Of a stretch of DNA of 64,000 bases, positions 56,787-64,000 are shown one piece after another. Source of the DNA: Eledone cirrhosa (Eukaryota); contig OZ024742.1 of assembly GCA_964016885.1 (NCBI GenBank), forward strand, positions 43,338,001-43,402,000, in the 5' to 3' direction. Positions within the stretch are counted from its first letter, which is position 1; each line of letters begins with the position of its first letter. Under the pieces are notes generated by a model, which searched no databases, was not told the DNA's origin, and saw nothing but the letters and a program-made list of their open reading frames with translations. The position numbers were made by a program, and so were the translations under genes.

Positions 56787-59175
56787 TCATCATCATCATC
56801 ATCATTAATTAACGTCTATCTTCCATGCTAGCATGGGTTAGACTGGTCCCATTGAGAGGCAAGTTGTCTCGCTCATATAGGGGTGTTTCTGGCTGGTTTT
56901 CTATGACTGGATGCCCTTCCTAACGCCAACCACATTGACAGTGTGGGCTGGGTGCTTTTTGCTGTGTCTTTTACACATCCACTTTACAGTGTGGGCTAGG
57001 TCCTTTTTATCGTGTCTTTTACACATCCACTTTACAGTGTGGGCTAGGTCCTTTTTATCGTGTCTTTTACACGTCCACTTTACAGTGTGGGCTGGTTGCT
57101 TTTTGCTGTGTCTTTTACACGTCCACTTTACAGTGTGGGCTGGTTGCTTTTTGCCGTGTCTTCTACATGTCTACACTGTGGGCTGGGGGGTGGGGCATAC
57201 TGTACATATGCTTCAGCTTGTGTTCGTGGGAAGTCAGGTCTTCTGTATTACTGCGTATCACTAGAAATCCTGGTCATGTGTCATCTCCTTTGAGAGGTGC
57301 AATTGGGCAAGGTCGGCTTTTATCACCTCATCCCTGGTCTTCCTAGGTCTCCCCACTCTAAGGCTTCCTCTTTGAGCGCTCTGAACTTTTTTATCCAGCT
57401 GTCATTCTTCATACACAACACATGTCCATACCAACACAACCTCCTCTCCTGCACTCAGCATTTGATTCCTCTTATGCCTAGTTTCTTGCTCAGTTTGTTT
57501 ATGCTTCGCCATTCTCGTATATTACTATTACACATCCATCAGAGCATCATCATCATCATCATCACCATTTTACGTCCGTTCTTCCACGCTAGCATGGGTT
57601 AGACGGGTTGTCCTGTTGTGGGCAGTGTCTGGTCGGCTGACCATGCCTTGCTCATACAGGAACTGATTCTGGCTTGATTTCTACAGCTGGATGCCCTTCC
57701 TAACACCAACCTCATTTACAGTGAGTGCTGGGTGCTTTTTCCGTGGCGCCTACACGTCCACTTTACAGTGTGGGCTGGGTGCTTTTTTGCCGTGGCACCT
57801 CCACAACCACCTTGAAGTGGGAGGGGGTGGGGGCATATTGTCTATATGCTTCAGCTTGTACCCATGGGAGGTCGGGTACTCTGTATTACTGCGTGACGCC
57901 AGAGGTCACGGTCGTGTGTCATCGCCTTTGAGAGGTGTAATTGGGTAAGGTCGGCTTTTATCACCTCATCCCAGGTCATCTTGGGTCTCCCCACTCCGCG
58001 GTTTCCATCGACTTCTAGTGCTCTTCACCTTTTTATGCATCTGTCATCCTTCATACGCATCACATGTCCTTACCAACGCAACCGCCTCTCCTGCACACAG
58101 CATTTGATTCCTCTTATGCTCAGTCTCTCTCTCAATTCATTTATGCTTTGTCGTTCGCGTATATTACTATTACACATCCATCGGAGCATGCAGGCTTCGT
58201 TTCTCTCTAATCTACGTATGTCTTCCACCTTCAGCGCCCAGGTCTCACTACCATGTAACATTGCTGTTCGGATACACGCATCATACAGTCTGCTTTTCAT
58301 TTTGAGGGAGAAGCCTTTTGCAGCTAGCAGTGGTAGTAGTTCCCTGAACTTCTTCCATCCCGTTCTTACCCTAGTTATTGTACTTTCTGAACACCTACCT
58401 CCGCTGCTAATTTGGTCACCTAGGTAGCAGAAGCTGTCTACTGTCTCTACAGAGCCCTCCCAGAGATTGGTGGTACTTGTTTCCTGTGGCTGTTTGCTGC
58501 TTGCTGTCCCAGTACAGCTGCTGCATGTGAAACCTACATTCTTAATTAAGCTTCCTGAGATCCCGCTACATTTCTTGTGTACCCATTGTTTGCATTTGGG
58601 GCAGAGAATGGAGTTCCTACCTACACCTTTCCTACATACTGAGCAAGGCCATTTCCCTGAGGGGATCTGGGTTCTGTTTTCTCGTCTACTTACAAGGACC
58701 TTAGTCTTTGTCATGTTGACTTTGAGACCCTTTCTTTCTAGTCCCTGCTTCCAAGTTTGGAATTTATTCTCTAGTTCTACCATAGATTCAGCTAGCAGGC
58801 TTCATTTCTTTCCAATCTACGCAAGTCTTCTACACTCAGCACCTAAGTCTCACTACCATGCAACATAGCTGTATGTATGCACGCATCATACAGTCTGCCT
58901 TTCATTCTGAGGGATAAGCCTTTTGTAGCCAGCAGTGGTAGTAGTTCCCTGAACATAACTCCATCCTGTTCTTACTCTGGCTACTGTACTTTCAGAACAC
59001 CCACCACCACTGCTAATTCGGTCACCTAAGTAGCAGAAACTATCTACTGTTTCTACAGAGCCCTCCGAGAATTTGGTAGCACTTGTTTCCTGTGGTCATT
59101 TACTTCTTACTGTTCCAGCGCACCCACATTTTGCATATGGGGCAGGAGATGGAATTTCTACCAACACCTTTCCTA
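56787..59175 (-). mobile_element. Older RTE LINE fragment split by a younger copy
   Basis: cacatccatcagagcat (57531-57547) continues as gcaggcttc at 58795. Confidence 0.75.
57545..58794 (-). mobile_element. Younger 5'-truncated RTE LINE nested in the older copy
   Basis: ORF 58070-58783, own (CAT)n tail, high identity to the 60-63 kb copy. Confidence 0.88.
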
Positions 59176-59180
59176 ACATA

Positions 59181-59228
<48 letters not shown>

Positions 59229-59722
59229 ATCAATAATCTGAAATAAATTCATGATAATGAAGTATAATATATGTCTGTCAAATTAAGTGCTCTTATCATC
59301 ACATAAACATCAATCACCAATCACCAATCCAGAATTACTTCAGGCCTGATAAATTGGGAAGAAGGAGGCGGGTACAATATTAAGATGCTCACATTGAAGT
59401 TATTGTTGATGGTGATGAATTTCTGGTGAAAATAACATATGTTATTATATAAGGATAGTTTCCACTTTGAAAACAACCCGTGTTTACTACACGATCCAAA
59501 CTATCAGCTTACATCCTTAAGTACAGTAGAACTTGTATATATAGACATACATATATACATATATACAACAAACATAAAATACAATTATATCAAAGGGACT
59601 ACAAAAAAACCCATCAAGTTATATTTACATTTATACTTATATATAGTGTGTTTTTCCCCTCCTTTATTATTTTTTTGCCAGTCCCTTTGTTTTTGATCGG
59701 GAAGCAACAATTGTGGAAGGAA

Positions 59723-59792
59723 ATGTTTAAATTTGCTGTCCCAATATTCATCTTCATTGCTTTAGCTTCAGCAAAACATCTTATTGTTAAAC
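59723..59792 (+). CDS. Candidate first coding exon of a secreted protein (signal peptide)
   Basis: Acceptor ttttttgccag at 59681, gaaATG, MFKFAVPIFIFIALASA-KHLIVK, phase-1 donor C|gtaagt. Confidence 0.55.
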
Positions 59793-60191
59793 GTAAGTAA
59801 GCTTCTTTTTTTTTTTTACTTATTGATGACAGATTTTAAATCCATTATCACTGTTGCTTCAGTGAGGTAATACTAACCTAATACTTGTTATATGACTCTC
59901 ATACACCACACACCTGGAATATTACATTTATCGGTAGAGCATCGGACACCATGCTTCATAGCATAGAGTTACGGCCCTTTACGTTCTTAGTTTAAATCCC
60001 ACCTTTCGTCCTTATGGGGTTGATAAAATAAAACACCAGTAATGCACTGGAGTTGATTTAATCGACTTTCACCTCCCTTCAAATTGCTGGCCTTGTGCCT
60101 ATAGTAGAAACAATTCTATTTACTTGTGATCCATCGATAGCTGTAAGAGAGCTTACTACTATCTTACTTCTTCAATTCTGCATGTCTGTCT

Positions 60192-63157
60192 CATCATCAT
60201 CATCATCATCATCACCGTTTTACGTCCGTTCTTCCACGCTAGCATGGGTTAGACGGGTTGTCCTGTTGTGGGCAGTGTCTGGTCGGCTGACCATGCCTTG
60301 CTCATACAGGAACTGATCTGGCTTGATTTCTACAGCTGGATGCCCTTCCTAACACCAACCTCATTTACAGTGAGTGCTGGGTGCTTTTTCGTGGCGCCTA
60401 CACGTCCACTTTACAGTGTGGGCTGGGTGCTTTTTTGCCGTGGCACCTCTACGACCACCTTGCGGTGGGGGGGGGGGGGGGCATATTGTTTATATGCTTC
60501 AGCATGTACCCATGGGAGGTCGGGTACCCTGTATTACTGCGTGACGCCAGAAGTCACGGTCGTGTGTCATTGACTTTGAGAGGTGTAGTTGGGTAAGGTC
60601 GGCTTTTATCACCTCATCCCAAGTCATCTTGGGTCTCCCCACTCCGCGGTTTCCATCAACTTCTAGTGCTCTGCACCTTTTTATGCAGCTGTCATCCTTC
60701 ATACGCATCACATGTCCATACCAGCGTAACCGCCTCTCCTGCACGCAGCATTTGATTCCTCTTATGCTCAGTCTCTCTCTCAATTCATTTATGCTTTGTC
60801 GTTCACGTATATTACTGTTACACATCCATCGGAGCATGCAGGCTTCGTTTCTCTCTAATCTACGTAAGTCTTCCACCTTCAGCGCCCAGGTCTCACTACC
60901 ATGCAACATCGCTGTTCGGATACACGCATCATACAGTCTGCCTTTCATTCTGAGGGAGAAGCCTTTTGCAGCTAGCAGTGGTAGTAGTTCCCTAAACTTC
61001 TTCCATCCCGTTCTTACCCTAGTTATTGTACTTTCTGAGCACCCACCTCCGTTGCTAATTCGGTCACCTAGGTAGCAGAAGCTGTCTACTGTTTCTACAG
61101 GGCCCTCCCAGAGATTGGTGGTACTTGTTTCCTGTGGCTGTTTGCTTGCTGTTTCAGCACAGCTGCTGCATGTGAATCCTACATTCTTAATTAAGCTTCC
61201 TGAGATCCCGCTACATCTCTTGTGTACCCATTGTTTGCATTTGGGGCAGAGAATGGAGTTCCTACCTACACCTTTCCTACATACTGAGCAAGGCCATTTC
61301 CTTGAGGGGATCTGGGTTCTGTTTTCTCGTCTACTTATAAGGACCTTAGTCTTTGTCATGTTGACTTTGAGGCCCTTTCTCTCTAGTCCCTGCTTCCAGG
61401 TTTGGAATTTATTCTCTAGTTCTACCATAGATTCAGCTATGAGTGCGAGGTCATCAGCATACAGGAGTTCCCATGGGCATCCGGTCTTAAACTCCTCCGT
61501 TATTGCCTGCAGGACTATGATGAACAGGAGAGGGCTAAGAACAGAGCCCTGGTGGACCCCAACCTGTACGCTAAATTCCTCGCTATACTCATTGCCAATC
61601 CTAACTTTGCTGACTGCTCCCCTATACATGGCTTGTACCGCTTTCACAAGCCATTCATCTACTCCTAGTTTTCTAAGAGCCCACCAGATTACTGCACGTG
61701 GAACTCTGTCAAAGGCTTTCTCAAGGTCGACAAATGCCAAGTAGAGTGGCTTACTTTTAGCTAGGTACTTTTCCTGTAATTGCCTCACAAGGAAGAGGGC
61801 ATCAGTGGTGCCTTTCCCTGGTACAAACCCAAATTGCATCTCGTCTATATTCACCCGGTCCCTAATCAGCTGTGCTATAACTCTTTCTGTTACTTTCATG
61901 ACCTGGTCCATCAACTTTATACCTCTATAGTTTCCTCTATCTAGTGCATCGCCTTTACCTTTGTAGCAGTTGACAATGATGCTACTGCACCAATCTTTTG
62001 GTATGGCCCCCTCTAGTATTACCTGGTTAACGATACGTGTGGTTATAGTGTGACCTACAGACCCAGATGCCTTCAGCATCTCGGCAGCTATACCCGATGG
62101 ACCGGTTGCCTTCCCTATCTTCATATCTCTGATTGCCTTACTTACTACGCTGCCGCTGACTTGTACTGCTGGTCCCTCTATAGGGTCTACGTGGGGTAGG
62201 GTCTCTTCTTCCCATGCATTCTCCTCATTTAGTAATCTATCATAATGACTCTTCCATGCATCTTTCTTCTCAGCACTTGTGAGGGCAAGCTCACCTTTAT
62301 CATTCCGGATACACTTCTCTCCAATGACATCACAACTATCTCTGACACACTGCCTCGCAATCTTGAATACCTCCTGTTTCTGGTCCTCACGTTGTAAAAC
62401 ATGCTTGAATTTTCTATCCTCTGCTTCCCTCCTAGCTAAGTATACTTGTCGCCTAGCTTCCCTCTTGGTCTCTATGTAATGTACCCTGCTCCCCCCATTC
62501 TTCCATTCTTTCCATGCCTGTCTCTTGGCCTTGACTGCTTCATCTACCTTATTGTTCCACCACCAAGTCACTCTCCTCCTGCTTGAGGTCTTACTCCAGC
62601 CACAAACCTCATCCGTCGCCTCTAGTAAGTTATTTTTTAGGAACTCCCAGTTCTCTTCTACGTTAAATGTCTCTATCTGTTCTTCTTTACTGTCGTAGGC
62701 GTTGAGTAAAATATCTTTAAATCTGTTACTGGTTGAGGGGACTTTCAGCTTCCAGATCTTTCTTCTCCAGGTTGGCCTCTGTTTCAGGGCTCGTCTAGTT
62801 CTGACCGTGAGGTCGCTGACAACTAAGCTATGTTGGGATGTACATTCCTCACTAGGGAAGGCTTTTGTGTTTACGACCGTCCATCTGTCACGTCCTCTGA
62901 TGAGGATAAAATCTAACTGACTAGAGTGCTCCCCTGATCTATAGGTGATCAGGTGGTTGTCGGGTTTTTTAAAGTTTGTGTTACATATCGACATGTCATT
63001 GGCGTCGCAGAATTCTAGAAGTTTGAATCCTTCCTCATTCCTTGTGCCAACTCCATGGCCTCCATGTACTCTATTGAAGCCGTCGCAGTGTTTACCTACG
63101 TGTCCGTTAAAATCTCCTGCAATGATTAGGAAGTCCTTGTCGTCTGTCTGTTTTTCC
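60192..63157 (-). mobile_element. Young RTE-clade LINE, 5'-truncated within the APE domain
   Basis: (CAT)n tail, 3'UTR and uninterrupted ORF. Confidence 0.93.
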
Positions 63158-63159
63158 AT
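60499..63159 (-). CDS. RTE ORF: C-terminal half of AP endonuclease + RT + PHD-like finger (886 aa, N-truncated)
   Basis: IAGDFNGHVG, SQLDFIL, TSQH, WWWN, YRGIKL, DLEKAFDRV, GVHQGSVLSP, YADD, CxxC-CxxC-HxxC-CxxC. Confidence 0.92.
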   Translation of the reverse strand: MEKQTDDKDFLIIAGDFNGHVGKHCDGFNRVHGGHGVGTRNEEGFKLLEFCDANDMSICNTNFKKPDNHLITYRSGEHSSQLDFILIRGRDRWTVVNTKAFPSEECTSQHSLVVSDLTVRTRRALKQRPTWRRKIWKLKVPSTSNRFKDILLNAYDSKEEQIETFNVEENWEFLKNNLLEATDEVCGWSKTSSRRRVTWWWNNKVDEAVKAKRQAWKEWKNGGSRVHYIETKREARRQVYLARREAEDRKFKHVLQREDQKQEVFKIARQCVRDSCDVIGEKCIRNDKGELALTSAEKKDAWKSHYDRLLNEENAWEEETLPHVDPIEGPAVQVSGSVVSKAIRDMKIGKATGPSGIAAEMLKASGSVGHTITTRIVNQVILEGAIPKDWCSSIIVNCYKGKGDALDRGNYRGIKLMDQVMKVTERVIAQLIRDRVNIDEMQFGFVPGKGTTDALFLVRQLQEKYLAKSKPLYLAFVDLEKAFDRVPRAVIWWALRKLGVDEWLVKAVQAMYRGAVSKVRIGNEYSEEFSVQVGVHQGSVLSPLLFIIVLQAITEEFKTGCPWELLYADDLALIAESMVELENKFQTWKQGLERKGLKVNMTKTKVLISRRENRTQIPSRKWPCSVCRKGVGRNSILCPKCKQWVHKRCSGISGSLIKNVGFTCSSCAETASKQPQETSTTNLWEGPVETVDSFCYLGDRISNGGGCSESTITRVRTGWKKFRELLPLLAAKGFSLRMKGRLYDACIRTAMLHGSETWALKVEDLRRLERNEACMLRWMCNSNIRERQSINELRERLSIRGIKCCVQERRLRWYGHVMRMKDDSCIKRCRALEVDGNRGVGRPKMTWDEVIKADLTQLHLSKSMTHDRDFWRHAVIQGTRPPMGTC

Positions 63160-63689
63160 ATTATTATTTTATTATTTTACTGGTTTCAGTTGTTAGATTG
63201 TGGCCATGTTGGGGCACCAACTTGATTCTAGATGATCACATCAAACCTAGAACTCTTTAAAGTTTGGTACTTATTTTATTGATTCCTTTTTTTTTTTTTT
63301 TTTTTGTCAAACTCAGAAGTTATGAGACATTAACACACACACACGCGCGTGCGCACACACATATTTCATCATCATCATTTTTGCGTCTGTTTTCCATACT
63401 GACAGGGGTTAGATGGTTTGTTACTTTCCAAGACCAGATGGGTCAGAGCGACCAATCTAGCTCACTATGTTCCATGTTTCACATGGTTTCCACAGCTGAA
63501 TACCCTTCCTAATGCCAACTACTTTACAGGGTGTACTAGGTGTCTTTTTCATGACACCAGCAATACCATGTTACAGAATATACTTACTGACACATCAGTA
63601 AAAGAATCCTCTCAAAATCTACATTGTCCTCCATTCAGTTGCCGAACTCTATAGCCTCCACTCTCTCACCACATTTATATATATATATA

Positions 63690-63730
63690 CTAGCAGTGTA
63701 TCCCGGTGTTGCATGGGTAAGAATATTGGT
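63690..63730 (-). mobile_element. Helitron 3' terminus
   Basis: a|CTAGcagtgtatcccggtgttgcatggg next to (TA)n, i.e. subterminal hairpin + CTAG|T on the minus strand. Confidence 0.55.
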
Positions 63731-63769
63731 TATGGCACCTCCAATGAGAAACATTTATTTGTGAGTTCC

Positions 63770-63992
63770 TGTTAAAAACTCATGAACTGGACATGCTCAC
63801 CGACATCCAGAGTTGACACTGCACTCAGTGCTCCTGTGGGAGCCCCTGCATGGACACACTGGAAGAGGAAGACCACAGTTAACATATGTTGATGCCCTAA
63901 GGACAGACACTGGTCTGTTGAGACGCAGGACATGGCAGCGATAATGAGGGACAGAGACCGCTGGAGAGAACTCGTCCATGGATCTCGGGAAT
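63770..63992 (+). mobile_element. LINE (RTE/RTE-X-like) ORF C-terminal remnant
   Basis: GHAHRHPELTLHSVLLWEPLHGHTGRGRPQLTYVDAL..DTG..MRDRDRWRELV. Confidence 0.7.
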
Positions 63993-64000
63993 TTTACCCG

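Overview
AT-rich, repeat-dense animal genomic DNA. The RTE LINE/SINE families with (CAT)n tails suggest an octopus-like cephalopod, but that is inference. Bases 2481-38835 (+) carry the last 19 coding exons of a CC2D1A/CC2D1B/Lgd-family gene (DM14 repeats, C2 domain, CC2D1A-like C-terminal extension), which splice in frame with GT-AG introns. The most striking structure is in the 10.9-kb intron that splits the C2 domain: an ~8.4-kb near-palindromic, head-to-head pair of Penelope-like retroelements (PLE). Each arm has an intact 879-aa RT + GIY-YIG ORF and is longer than the 3451-bp unit, and both 3' ends abut a (TA)n microsatellite. The pair carries four identical copies of a minimal type I hammerhead ribozyme with a non-canonical core (CCGUUGA). 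Three further hammerhead motifs and two related remnants sit next to other (TA)n tracts. The rest is RTE LINEs (with a PHD-like finger inside the RT), CR1 and R4/Dong remnants, tRNA-derived SINEs, a non-autonomous LTR element with a tRNA-Trp PBS, Helitron pieces, MITEs, mini/microsatellites, and a candidate signal-peptide exon of a second gene near 59.7 kb. Coordinates were counted by hand and no database searches were run.
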